Shown: positions 10,296 to 20,105, numbered from the whole stretch's first letter. The stretch: 60,605 nucleotides of DNA, filler included, from a candidate division TA06 bacterium SM23_40 (GCA_001303705.1; 7 parts of 7 records of this genome joined end to end with filler, not necessarily neighbours in it); one strand, 5' to 3'. Numbers and translations are program-made. Notes: a model not told the origin generated them from the letters alone.

Positions 10296-10850
10296 ATGGT
10301 GAGACGCGCCATAAACCGCCCCGCCGGCTCGGGGTTCTCGGCCCCGCGCCTCTTCCTGCTCGCCTTCCTGGTGGTGAGCTGCGCGTCGTATCCGGCGGCC
10401 GCGACTTCTGGCTGTGGTCTGTCCACACCGCACGCCGATCTGGAACCGACGGATGGAGAGAGTGGCCCGTCCTATGGCGCCAGGGGCGGAGTTGATGTGC
10501 ATACTTCGTGCTGCTCAATATCGCGACACGGAATACCTCGGGAATCGTCCCCACGGGCGGACCACGAGACTGTGAGCTGCGGGTGTGGCTGCTCCGATTT
10601 TGAGATATCGTGTCCGTGGGTCAACACGTCATCCTCTGCCGGTGTCGTTCTCTGCACCCACCCGTGTCCCTGCGCCGGCCAGCATTCCCAGGGCGTGTTA
10701 TCTTCCCCCCGGCTTCCCACGGGCCTTACACCATCCCTCCATACCTTCATCCGCACGCCTCACTACGAGAACCTAGCTACCCTATGCTTCATCAGGACCT
10801 CACAGCACACCCCTGCTGTTTTGCATGGCCCCCCTAGAGAATCCCGATAA
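10296..10850 (+). CDS. Cys/His-rich exported leader protein with C-terminal HGPP motif; putative CruR/DUF2946-like regulatory uORF
   Basis: AAGGA RBS then ATG 10296; 184 aa; hydrophobic LFLLAFLVVSC; 12 Cys and 10 His (CC, CGCGC, CTHPCPC); ends VLHGPPRESR; lies between a strong promoter and a copper-type TBDT. Confidence 0.7.
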   Translation: MVRRAINRPAGSGFSAPRLFLLAFLVVSCASYPAAATSGCGLSTPHADLEPTDGESGPSYGARGGVDVHTSCCSISRHGIPRESSPRADHETVSCGCGCSDFEISCPWVNTSSSAGVVLCTHPCPCAGQHSQGVLSSPRLPTGLTPSLHTFIRTPHYENLATLCFIRTSQHTPAVLHGPPRESR

Positions 10851-11066
10851 TCCACGGAACTGGAAGAGCATCGTTGCGCGATAGCCCGTCCAATGCCCGG
10901 CCAGGCTTTGGTCCAACGATACCCGTGCGATTCAAGCTCGCTTTCCTGTGCGCAGCCGATGCGCTCCACGGCGCAAACGGTTGCCAGACAAGTTGCCAGC
11001 GGCGCGCCATAGCTCTGCGGCACAGACGATCCCGCGCCTGGCGCGTACTTCGGAAGGATAGACGCG

Positions 11067-13130
11067 ATGAAATACTTATCGATGATTCCCATGGCTCTCC
11101 TGCTCCTGGGTGGCGCCCTGTACCCCGCTGTCGCTCAGGAGGAAGAGGAGGAGCTGCCGATCTATACGATCGAAGAGCTCGTCGTAGTGGGCGAGCGCCT
11201 GGAACCAGGGATGAACCTGGAGGTGTCACAGCAAGAAGTCGCAGCGAGGGCCACGCGCGATGTGGGAGCTCTCTTCAGGACCATACCCCAGGCAGGAGCA
11301 ATCCGCCGCGGTGGTACAGGTCTGGATCCTGTGGTTCGCGGCTTCCGGGGCGAGCAGTTGACGATCCTCGTCGACGGTGCGGCACAGGCGTGGGCAGCAT
11401 GTCCGAACCGCATGGATCCGCCGACGATGCACATCGAGCCCGAGGATCTACAGAAGATCGAGCTCTTCCCGGGACCGTACACCGTGCGCTTCGGCTCGTC
11501 AGTCGGCGGCGTCGTCAATCTCGTCATGACGAGGCCGCCGCGGGTCTCGCACGCCGTGGTCCATGGCACTGTCACCTCCGGGTACGAGAGTGCCTACGAG
11601 GGACGCCGCATCCGTGGAGAGCTCTCGGCGAACTGGCCCTGGGGGGATCTGACGCTGACCGGCGCAGCCAAGGATTATCGGAATTACGAAGATGGGCGCG
11701 GTGACGAGGTCAGTGCGGCCTTCCGCACGAACAGCTACTCGGTGAAGCTCGGGGCGTCTCCCACATCGAACCAGCGCATCCAATTTTCGCACCGGCAGTC
11801 ATTCGCAAGGGATATGGCCTATCCGGCACTGCCCATGGACGCGAGAAAAGACGACACGCAATTCTATGCGCTCGACTACCGGCTGCACCGCCGCGCCCCA
11901 TACAACATGACGCTGACAACAAGGCTCTGGGCCAGCCTTGTCGACCACGTCATGGACAATTCCCTGAAGCCCAACGCAACAATGGTCACCGCCGTCACCG
12001 ATGCCCACACACGCGCCAGGGGAGGTCGGGCAGAAGGCCAGGTGATGCTAAAGGGCGGCCACCGCCTCTATATTGGTGCCGACTACTCCAGGCACTTCCA
12101 GAAGGGGTTCCGGACGAGGGACTTCCTCATGGGGCCGATGGCCGGCACAACGCTCTTCGACATCGTCTGGCCAGATGCGGAGATGGAGACCATAGGGGGG
12201 TTCGGAGAGCTTCGATGGACGCTCTCTCCCACCCTCCTGGCAACGGTGGGCGCACGAGTCGACAGAGCCACGGGCAGAGCGGATAACCCGGAGGCCGCGT
12301 TCGAAGCTCTCTATCCGGAAGATCTCGAGCGAACCGATGTGGTACCCTCCGGCCAGGTCGGACTGAGCTGGCAGGCTACCCCTCATCTGGAGCTTTCCAC
12401 CAAGGTAGGGACAGGCGCGAGGGTACCGAGCGTCGAGGAGCTGTACATCTATTTGCTGCCGGTCGGGCTAGACCCGTATGACTACCTCGGCGATCCGACC
12501 CTCGAGCCGGAACGCAACATACAGGGAGAAGTGCGCGGAGCCATCGAGCTCGCACCGGCGCGCATCGAGGCGACTCTCTTCCACAGCCGGGTCAGCGATT
12601 ACGTATCCGCCCGCATCGATACTACGGTCACCTCTCGGTCACCGGGAGCGCTGGGGGTGAAGCGCTTCACCTCGATATCGACAGCAACCATCTCCGGGGG
12701 ACACCTCAGGGCGGCGCTCGACCTCGGTCGGGGATTCGAGCTTTCAGGCAGCGTGGCCGCCAGCCTGGGTCGGGACGAAGATGCGGACGAAGACCTCCCG
12801 GAGATGGCGCCGCCGGAGGCGAGAATGTCGCTCTGCTATTGCACCCCCGGGGAACTCTTCCGCGGAGAGGTCGAGGGACGCTTCGTTGCAAAGCAGGACC
12901 GGATATCCGAGAGCTTCGGCGAGACGGAGACGGCAGGATTTGGGGTGTGCAACGCCCGCGCCTGGCTGAACCTCGGTTCCCATGTGACGCTCAGAGCAGG
13001 TGTAGATAATCTGTTCGATCACTACTACCGTGAACACTTGAATCGAAATCACAAAGTTGATGGCTCGTCCATTGCCGAGCCCGGACGCAGTCTTTCGGTT
13101 GAGTTGACAGCTGGACTGGGCACGCGGTGA
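11067..13130 (+). CDS. TonB-dependent copper receptor, OprC/NosA family
   Basis: Signal peptide, TonB-box-like EELVVVG, plug DPVVRG, copper-site motifs CPNRMDPP (CxxxM, 11400-11414) and DHVMDN (HxM), C-terminal GVDNLFD...YREHL...EPGRS. Confidence 0.9.
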   Translation: MKYLSMIPMALLLLGGALYPAVAQEEEEELPIYTIEELVVVGERLEPGMNLEVSQQEVAARATRDVGALFRTIPQAGAIRRGGTGLDPVVRGFRGEQLTILVDGAAQAWAACPNRMDPPTMHIEPEDLQKIELFPGPYTVRFGSSVGGVVNLVMTRPPRVSHAVVHGTVTSGYESAYEGRRIRGELSANWPWGDLTLTGAAKDYRNYEDGRGDEVSAAFRTNSYSVKLGASPTSNQRIQFSHRQSFARDMAYPALPMDARKDDTQFYALDYRLHRRAPYNMTLTTRLWASLVDHVMDNSLKPNATMVTAVTDAHTRARGGRAEGQVMLKGGHRLYIGADYSRHFQKGFRTRDFLMGPMAGTTLFDIVWPDAEMETIGGFGELRWTLSPTLLATVGARVDRATGRADNPEAAFEALYPEDLERTDVVPSGQVGLSWQATPHLELSTKVGTGARVPSVEELYIYLLPVGLDPYDYLGDPTLEPERNIQGEVRGAIELAPARIEATLFHSRVSDYVSARIDTTVTSRSPGALGVKRFTSISTATISGGHLRAALDLGRGFELSGSVAASLGRDEDADEDLPEMAPPEARMSLCYCTPGELFRGEVEGRFVAKQDRISESFGETETAGFGVCNARAWLNLGSHVTLRAGVDNLFDHYYREHLNRNHKVDGSSIAEPGRSLSVELTAGLGTR

Positions 13131-13187
13131 GGAGGCCCGGCAGACCGGACCATCGATCCATACTGCGAAACCCCTGACCAATCTGTT

Positions 13188-13228
13188 GAGCGGCAGGCCA
13201 TTTCTTACCGACGGCCTGCCGCTCTTCT
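13188..13228. terminator. Hairpin between convergent genes, probable terminator
   Basis: GAGCGGCAGGCC-N13-GGCCTGCCGCTC perfect 12-bp stem followed by TTCT; weak U tract. Confidence 0.55.
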
Positions 13229-13301
13229 ATCGAGGATTTCTCGCTCTAGACGCAGAGGGCACGCCATGCGGAGGATGCCGCTCGCGCCCAGACTGCTGAC
13301 A

Positions 13302-13838
13302 TCATGTGCCCGAGGCCTCTTCGGGCCACTTCTTGGCCATCTCCTGTATCGCCGCCATGGCGGCCCCGTACTGCCGCTTCTCCACAAGCGCCGTAACGAG
13401 TTTCACATGACGGATCCGCTCGGATCGGTCGCTATCGCCGCTCAACTCATCGAGATCGAAGACCTTCACGCCCGAGCCGAGTGCCTCGCCCGGACTGCTC
13501 CCCGAGTCGGGTACGATCCCAATGCCACTAGGCCCGGCCGCCTCGTCCGATGTTGGCGACGTCGGCTCAGCTTCACCAGCCTCTGGTGCTGGGCCCGCGC
13601 CCCGCTGCTCTCCCTCCGCTGCGCCATCGGTGTGCGTCGCAGACTCAATATGCTCTGTCTCCCCCGCCATGACCCTGCCGTAGTGCGTGATATCGAGGTT
13701 GTTATTCGCGCCCTGCGTGCTGCCCTCTTGCTTCTTCCTTTCGTCCTCGGCGGGCTCTTCCGGCTTCAGGAGCCGCTCCAGGGGCGAACGTTCGCGCTTC
13801 TCAGCATGCAGCTCCTTGAGCCGCTCGGTGATGTCCAT
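13302..13838 (-). CDS. Hypothetical protein: helical ends around an acidic disordered linker
   Basis: Starts 5 bp after the upstream TPR gene on the same strand; E/G/S/P-rich middle; TPR-like final helix pair. Confidence 0.7.
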   Translation of the reverse strand: MDITERLKELHAEKRERSPLERLLKPEEPAEDERKKQEGSTQGANNNLDITHYGRVMAGETEHIESATHTDGAAEGEQRGAGPAPEAGEAEPTSPTSDEAAGPSGIGIVPDSGSSPGEALGSGVKVFDLDELSGDSDRSERIRHVKLVTALVEKRQYGAAMAAIQEMAKKWPEEASGT

Positions 13839-13843
13839 CGTTT

Positions 13844-15325
13844 CTACCTTTCGCCTGCCATATGCGGATATGCCGCGAGCAATGCCCGCAGCTCATCATT
13901 GCCCGGATCTATCTGCTGTGCGCGCTTCCAGGCGACCACAGCCTCCTCATCCCTCTCCAGCTGACGGAGGGCCTTCCCCAGATTGAAATAGGCGGTGGCG
14001 TAGTTCGTGCGCCTGCCCAACGCCTCCTGAAAGTGCTTCACCGCCTCCTCATACTCTCCCTTTTCATAGAACGCCAGGCCGAGGTTGTTCACCGCCTCAG
14101 CGAACTCAGGCTCGAGTTCGAGTGCGCGGCGAAAAGCGAGAATCGCCTCATCCGACCGGCCCAGCTCGCTCATCACCAGCCCGAGGTTATTGTAGGCCTC
14201 GGCGGAGTCCGGGTTCAATTCCAGCGCCTGGGTGAGCTCGAGGCGCGCAGCATCGAACGCACCGCGATAGAAGAGCGCTACCGCCCGATCGTTATGGCGA
14301 CGAGCACCAGCAAGACGTTCCCGCTCCTCTTCCTCTTCGCGGCGTTTCCGTTCTCCTTCGAGGAACTCGAATACCTGACGGTTCGATTCGCCGATCCCAT
14401 CGACGAGCTTCACGAGTCGCGTCGATCTCTCACGGTCGAGACGGACTATTTCACTCAGGGCCTGCTCAAGCTCGCCAAGCTTCCCCTCGATTGCTCTGCT
14501 CACCTCGAGCGTCTTCTCCGCATATCCCTCGAATGAGCTAACGAGACGATCCTCCAGCGCCTTGTACGCTCGGGCGAGATCCGTCAACTTCTCGACGATC
14601 TCAGATTGCTGACGCCCGACTGACGCCAGTTGCTCGACTGCCTCCTTCTGATGTGCACTCGACTGTCGCTGCTCATTCGCTATCTCGGCAAGGCGCTCGG
14701 CATTCTCGGCATCGCACTTGGCCGACCTGTCGCTATTCATCGTCTCTATCTTGAGGAGTGCATCGAGCCTCCCTGCAAGCTCCTTGCCCGATGTCTCTAT
14801 CGAGCCGGCGATCGCCGGGAGTTCCTTGCCCATCGTCTCTATCGAGCCGGCAATCGTCTCGCTCTGCTCCTTGAGCTCCTGAACGAATGCGGCGACCTCC
14901 TGCTGGCGCGTGGCCCCTTCGGCCGCTGCGCGTGAGAGCGCCTCCAGCTTCTCTCCCAGCCCTTCCTTGCCGGCGACCGCCTCCTTCAGCTCTCCAGTAG
15001 CACGCGTCCCGACCTCAATACTTTTCTCGATCCGACCGGCCCCCGCCTTGGCCTCATCGGCCATCTGACCAAGGGCTTTTGTCACGCCCTCCCATTCGCG
15101 ATGAAGCTCGCTCGCCATATCTTTTAGCAGAGGACCGATCTCTCCGAGCTTCGCAGCGCCGCTCTCTTTGCGCGCACTCTTCGCCTCATGGAGGATGTGC
15201 ACGAGGGCGGCAAGGGCACACCGCTTTTCTCCCTTGTCGTACAGCTCACATGCTTCCCGCCGACACTCTATGAATCGCTTCTCCTCAGGCGATTCACGAT
15301 CGAAGACAAACGGACATTGCTTCAT
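13844..15325 (-). CDS. Coiled-coil/TPR protein with N-terminal four-Cys motif
   Basis: CPF-x14-C-x4-C-x9-C, long heptad region, about four C-terminal TPRs (AEAYNNLG, AEAVNNLG, ATAYFNLG). Confidence 0.85.
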   Translation of the reverse strand: MKQCPFVFDRESPEEKRFIECRREACELYDKGEKRCALAALVHILHEAKSARKESGAAKLGEIGPLLKDMASELHREWEGVTKALGQMADEAKAGAGRIEKSIEVGTRATGELKEAVAGKEGLGEKLEALSRAAAEGATRQQEVAAFVQELKEQSETIAGSIETMGKELPAIAGSIETSGKELAGRLDALLKIETMNSDRSAKCDAENAERLAEIANEQRQSSAHQKEAVEQLASVGRQQSEIVEKLTDLARAYKALEDRLVSSFEGYAEKTLEVSRAIEGKLGELEQALSEIVRLDRERSTRLVKLVDGIGESNRQVFEFLEGERKRREEEEERERLAGARRHNDRAVALFYRGAFDAARLELTQALELNPDSAEAYNNLGLVMSELGRSDEAILAFRRALELEPEFAEAVNNLGLAFYEKGEYEEAVKHFQEALGRRTNYATAYFNLGKALRQLERDEEAVVAWKRAQQIDPGNDELRALLAAYPHMAGER

Positions 15326-15357
15326 CTCTCTGTCCCTTGCCGGCTATACATCACCAT

Positions 15358-18300
15358 TCATGAAACGGTCTGTTCGGTCACATGGCTCGCCGGTACCGGA
15401 GCCCGACCTCCGCGAATGATCCCCTCCAGTACTTTCCCGCGTCCCTCCAACTCATCCGCAACCAGCCGCGTATACGCGCGCTCCAACCGCCTCTTGGCGT
15501 CCCGATACGGCACGCCACCCTCCATCAACCGGCCGAGAGCCGCAACCGTCCCCAGTCGATCGCCCATCTTCTCGCACGCAAGCGCAAGCTGATGGAAGAC
15601 CTCACGGGATGTCTCATCGGCCTCCCTACCCTCTGCGCCATCGCCTACATCTGTTGCCATCAGCACCTCGGCCGCCCCGCAGTAATAATGTCGTTCCATG
15701 AGGCATCGCGCCACCTCACAGGCACGCATTCGCTCGAGACGGCCCGTGCGGCCGCGGAACATGAGAAGCTGCTCGGCTTCGTCGAGCCGGCCGGCCCCGC
15801 GGAGCTGCCGTGCCGCCACTATCCTCAACTCCTCGCTCTCCGGATCGGCCTCGAGTCGCCTCATCGTTCGCTCAAGCTCCAACTGCACGCTCCTCGTGTG
15901 GAGGCGCTCGAATTCGCGACATACTGCGTTCTGATCCGATGCCTCCTGCGCGGCCTGTTGAGCCTCCTTCCTCGCTTCTTCGAGGCTACCGAGGCGGTAC
16001 AACGAATGGCTCAACCCAAGGTGAATCCGCGCTCGTAGATCACGATCCTGCTCTGCGTCCAGAACCGGAGCGAGAACATCGCGCGCACTCTCAACCTCTC
16101 CCCTCGCGAGCAGCAGATCACCAAGCGCATAGCTCGCATCCGTCTGGGTCGCATCGAGGCGGATTATCCGCCGCAGACGATCCATCACCACTTCCACCGC
16201 TGTCTCATCGCGTTCGGCAAGCTCGGCGAGTCTGGCAGTGGCCGTCTCCAGATCGCCCTTTTCGATCAGCATCGATGTAAGGGCGTCGAGAACGACAGGC
16301 AACTTCCCGGACTGCTCAGCCATCTCCGCAAGTCTCTCGACGACGGATCCGAGTTCATCCGGATCGAGTTCCACGATCCTGACCGAATGCCGCACCGCCT
16401 TCTGGAACTCCCCATCCTGCACGTATGCCTGCACCAGCGCATGGTGACACGGAACACTCGATTCCTGCGCCGAAAGGATCTTCTCCAACGCGCTGATCCT
16501 ACGATCTCGGGAGCGAGGGTCCATTTCCCCCGTCTCTTGAAGTATCTCTACCGCCTGGTTGAAGTTCCCCCGCGCCACATGGCAATCTGCAAGCCTGAAT
16601 CTCGCATCAACATTCCTCGGGGATCTCTCTATGATCCGGTGCAGCTCGCGCACGACGGTCTCGTGCAGCCCGGAATCGAGCGCCAGCGCCTTTGACAGTA
16701 TCGGAACAGCCTGGCCATCATATCCTTTCTTGATCTGTGCCCTCCCCAGGGCGAGCAGGAGACGCGCCTCCTCGCCTCTATCCTGAATGATGCTGTTGAT
16801 TCGCGCAATGACCCGATCGACATACGCCTCGTCGATCTCCATGGCCTGTTCCAGGTCGGCCACCGCCTCCTCTGCTCGATCGAGAGACGAGAGAACAACA
16901 CCCCGCGCATAGTGAGCGTCGGCGCTCGCCGGGTCGACGCCGATCAGAGTCGACAATTCCTCGACGACCCGAGTCCTCCTATCAGGAGCGATCTTCCCGA
17001 TCGTCATGAACTCCTCGACAGCGTGCGGTACATCCCCCGCGACACCGTAGATCTTCCCCAGCACGTAGTGCGCCGGAATATTATGCTTGTCGATCTCGAG
17101 CACCTTCCTGAGGATGCCTGTCGCCTCATCTGCCAGTGAACGATCCAACTGGACCGCTCCGAGGATCGGCCCTCCGGATTGGGAGAGATTCCCACGCTCC
17201 GCCATGCCCTCGCCAAGTCGGAGGTGGAAGTAGGCGCTCTCTTCCTCAGGCACCACATCGAGAGCCCGCTTCGCCTCCTGGATCACTTGATCGAACAGAC
17301 CCCGATCCCGATAGGCATCGACCAGGGCCTTCCGTATTGCGATGTTCTTCTCGTCGGCCTCGAGGATAGTCTGGAGGCGCGCGACGACCTGATCGAACCT
17401 GTGCGGGTCACTGGCCAGAACCATTTCGTAGTGGCCTGCGGCCTCCTGCACATTCCCCGCTTCCAGGAGAAGCTCCGCCAGTCCCATCTGGGCGTCGACC
17501 GCTTTCGGATTGCGCGCCAGAACGCGCTCATAGGCACCGATCACCTCTTCTGTCTGTCCGGGATCGATGCGGTGGCAGCGCAGGAGTTCCTCCATCATCT
17601 CGGCGTACTTCCCCGCCATCCCGTACGTCTCCCCCAGGGCGAGGGTCGCCAGGAATTCATCCGCACCGAGGTCGCGCACGCGCTCATAGAGGGCGATCAC
17701 CCGGGGCAGGCTCTTCTCCTCGGTTCGGGCTAAGAGATCGATGTGCGGGAGTATCGATGTCACCCGTTTCGGTGCGTCCTCTGCGGCCTCGGCGAGAAGC
17801 TCGATCGCGCGAGCCCAGTCGCCGGTTCGCCGCAGAATACCTGCCAGGCATACCTTCACCTGCCATTCCTTGCCGGCCTGCTCGTATACCCGCTCGATGC
17901 CGGCCTTCGCCCTTTCCAATCCCTCCTCACCGCAATCCGCCTGATGCTCAAAGACTGCGATTGCGCGTTCGATCTCCCCCTTGTCACTAAAGATCCGCCC
18001 AACGAGATCGAGAGTCTCCACGTCATCCGTCCTCGCCTCGAGCACACGATAGAGTCGCGGTACGATCTCCTGGGCCATCCCGCGGTCTGCCTCATATGCC
18101 ATCTTGAGATACTGCGCTGCCTCAGCGAACTCGCCGCTGTCCAAAAGGGCATCTACCAGATAACTGAGTGTGAGACTGTGCGCAGGATCACGCTCGAAGA
18201 CCGCACGATATCGATCGAGCACCTCGGCCTTCGATCCGGGAGCGACCTCCAGAACGCGCGAGTACTCGCTGAGCGCCGTCTCGATCTGCCCCTTGCTCAG

Positions 18301-19245
18301 ATATGCGTCGCCGAGCGACAGAAAGACGTTCACCTGACTCGCGTCCAGGCGCACGATCTCCCGATAGGACTTGATCGCATCATCGGTACTGATCGTCCCC
18401 GCGTCGAGTGACTCAGCAACCAGGCGTGTCGCATCCTGGAACCGACCGCCGGCAACATAGAACTCGAGGAGCGCTTTGAGGGATTCAGCTGATGCAGGTC
18501 CGATTGCCTCCAGCGCATTCGTCGCCTGCTCAAGAGCGGCCCGATCGAATTCGACGGCCTTCCTGAATTCACGCACAGCCGACGAAGCCTGGCCGGACTG
18601 CGCGTACAAATCTCCCAGCACCAGACACGGCCGATGGTCGCCATAGTTTGCCCGTGCGATCTCGTGGCATTCGACTATTACCGGTTGGATCTCCTCTGGC
18701 GATATCTCTACGACATCGCGGAAGAGGCCGAATGCCGTTTCGAGATCCTTCTTCTCCACAGCGAGAAGCGCCAGGCAGTAGTGTACGATCAGATCCTTCG
18801 TCCTCTTCTCCCGATCGCCCTTGTACTTGCTGATATTCTCGTGCATCTGCCGATAGCGACTTTCGAGCGGTTCCATATCCTGGGGATCGAGTGCGCGGAG
18901 CGTACGGTGGGCGTTCTCGAAGTCCCGCCGGCCGATGTATGTCTCAAGGAGAAACTCACCGGTCTCGGGAGGTTGCTCACCTCGGTAGTGCAGGTCCTCG
19001 ACGACGCCGAGCAGGAGTTCGAGCTGGTGAGGGTCAGCGGCTGCGGCGCGCTTGAAGACCGAGGCGGCCTCTTTCCTCTGCCCGTTCTCGAAGTACACAC
19101 TTCCCAGTTCGGCAAGCAGAGCGAAATGCTCCCCTTTCTTCAGCTCCTTCTCAAGAAGACGAATGGCGCGGTCGTACTTCCCCTCTACCCGGTGCTTCCT
19201 CGCTCGATCGATCGCGCCCTCTCCTCCGAATATGGGAAAAGCCAC
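15358..19245 (-). CDS. Giant tetratricopeptide repeat protein (1295 aa)
   Basis: AGGAGGA RBS and GTG start; TPR consensus recurs throughout (LGDLY, LGDAY, LAELL, LGKIY, LGRAQ); no signal peptide or TM helix seen. Confidence 0.9.
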   Translation of the reverse strand: MAFPIFGGEGAIDRARKHRVEGKYDRAIRLLEKELKKGEHFALLAELGSVYFENGQRKEAASVFKRAAAADPHQLELLLGVVEDLHYRGEQPPETGEFLLETYIGRRDFENAHRTLRALDPQDMEPLESRYRQMHENISKYKGDREKRTKDLIVHYCLALLAVEKKDLETAFGLFRDVVEISPEEIQPVIVECHEIARANYGDHRPCLVLGDLYAQSGQASSAVREFRKAVEFDRAALEQATNALEAIGPASAESLKALLEFYVAGGRFQDATRLVAESLDAGTISTDDAIKSYREIVRLDASQVNVFLSLGDAYLSKGQIETALSEYSRVLEVAPGSKAEVLDRYRAVFERDPAHSLTLSYLVDALLDSGEFAEAAQYLKMAYEADRGMAQEIVPRLYRVLEARTDDVETLDLVGRIFSDKGEIERAIAVFEHQADCGEEGLERAKAGIERVYEQAGKEWQVKVCLAGILRRTGDWARAIELLAEAAEDAPKRVTSILPHIDLLARTEEKSLPRVIALYERVRDLGADEFLATLALGETYGMAGKYAEMMEELLRCHRIDPGQTEEVIGAYERVLARNPKAVDAQMGLAELLLEAGNVQEAAGHYEMVLASDPHRFDQVVARLQTILEADEKNIAIRKALVDAYRDRGLFDQVIQEAKRALDVVPEEESAYFHLRLGEGMAERGNLSQSGGPILGAVQLDRSLADEATGILRKVLEIDKHNIPAHYVLGKIYGVAGDVPHAVEEFMTIGKIAPDRRTRVVEELSTLIGVDPASADAHYARGVVLSSLDRAEEAVADLEQAMEIDEAYVDRVIARINSIIQDRGEEARLLLALGRAQIKKGYDGQAVPILSKALALDSGLHETVVRELHRIIERSPRNVDARFRLADCHVARGNFNQAVEILQETGEMDPRSRDRRISALEKILSAQESSVPCHHALVQAYVQDGEFQKAVRHSVRIVELDPDELGSVVERLAEMAEQSGKLPVVLDALTSMLIEKGDLETATARLAELAERDETAVEVVMDRLRRIIRLDATQTDASYALGDLLLARGEVESARDVLAPVLDAEQDRDLRARIHLGLSHSLYRLGSLEEARKEAQQAAQEASDQNAVCREFERLHTRSVQLELERTMRRLEADPESEELRIVAARQLRGAGRLDEAEQLLMFRGRTGRLERMRACEVARCLMERHYYCGAAEVLMATDVGDGAEGREADETSREVFHQLALACEKMGDRLGTVAALGRLMEGGVPYRDAKRRLERAYTRLVADELEGRGKVLEGIIRGGRAPVPASHVTEQTVS

Positions 19246-19418
19246 CTGCTATCCTCCTGATCTTTAGATGTGTACCGGTTATCTATGATCGTCCGCCTGC
19301 TACACGCTCGAGCCCACGTTCCACTGACCTGTCGACAGGCGATCCCCCCGCCGTCCCACTCCCGGCCCGCCACCCTCGCTCTACCACGACCTCTCGCCCA
19401 GAGTCTCGACCCTGGTTG

Positions 19419-20054
19419 CTAGACGAGATCAATCAGTTCTTCGATCTTCTCCAACAGCATCCTCCGCCCCTCGGTCGTAGAGATATCGACGTAGAACGAG
19501 GGCTCAATCCTCTGTACCTCATAGAGCGCCTCCGCGAACTCACCGAGATTGCAGTGAGCTTTCGCCTTCACCATCCTGATATCGGCAGCAGAGACACTCG
19601 CATCGTGAGCGAATACGTAGTCTGGATCGGCTGCAAGCAGCAGGCTCGCGGTCGTGACCGCCTCCTCGCTGTCTTCAGAGTCGGAGAAGACGATGGCCCG
19701 TCCTGCGAGCGGGTCGATGAGCGACGGGCCTTCGTCCATCGCTGTCTGGAAGTTGGCTAATGCCTCGTCAAGATCGTCCAGTTTGGCCAGGGACCAGCCA
19801 AGACCGTTGTATGCATCGGCGAAGCGGCCATCCAGGTCGAGTGCTTCCTCGAATCTCTCCCGAGCCCTGACGTAGTCACCCACCTCGAACGCCGACCATC
19901 CCGCAGCGGTGAGAGAGCTCACGGTATTTCCCTCATCCCCCCCGCCACCCAGCCCACACCCGAGTGCGGCCACGAGCGCACCGATGCCGACTAGGGCAGC
20001 AAGGCGCGTGTACGACCACACCCTACTGAGGAATTCCACTGGACTCCTCCTCAC
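19419..20054 (-). CDS. TPR lipoprotein
   Basis: Hydrophobic stretch ending in lipobox ALGC; TPRs (AGWSAFE, DAYNGLGWS). Confidence 0.8.
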   Translation of the reverse strand: MRRSPVEFLSRVWSYTRLAALVGIGALVAALGCGLGGGGDEGNTVSSLTAAGWSAFEVGDYVRARERFEEALDLDGRFADAYNGLGWSLAKLDDLDEALANFQTAMDEGPSLIDPLAGRAIVFSDSEDSEEAVTTASLLLAADPDYVFAHDASVSAADIRMVKAKAHCNLGEFAEALYEVQRIEPSFYVDISTTEGRRMLLEKIEELIDLV

Positions 20055-20105
20055 CCAACGCCGCGTCTACTGATAATCTGTCACCAGCCCTGTACCATAG
20101 TCTGG

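Noticed and set aside
10851-11066. Cobalamin riboswitch in front of the TBDT
   Set aside because: No B12-box or GGGAA/ACTG core seen, and the receptor carries copper-type motifs.
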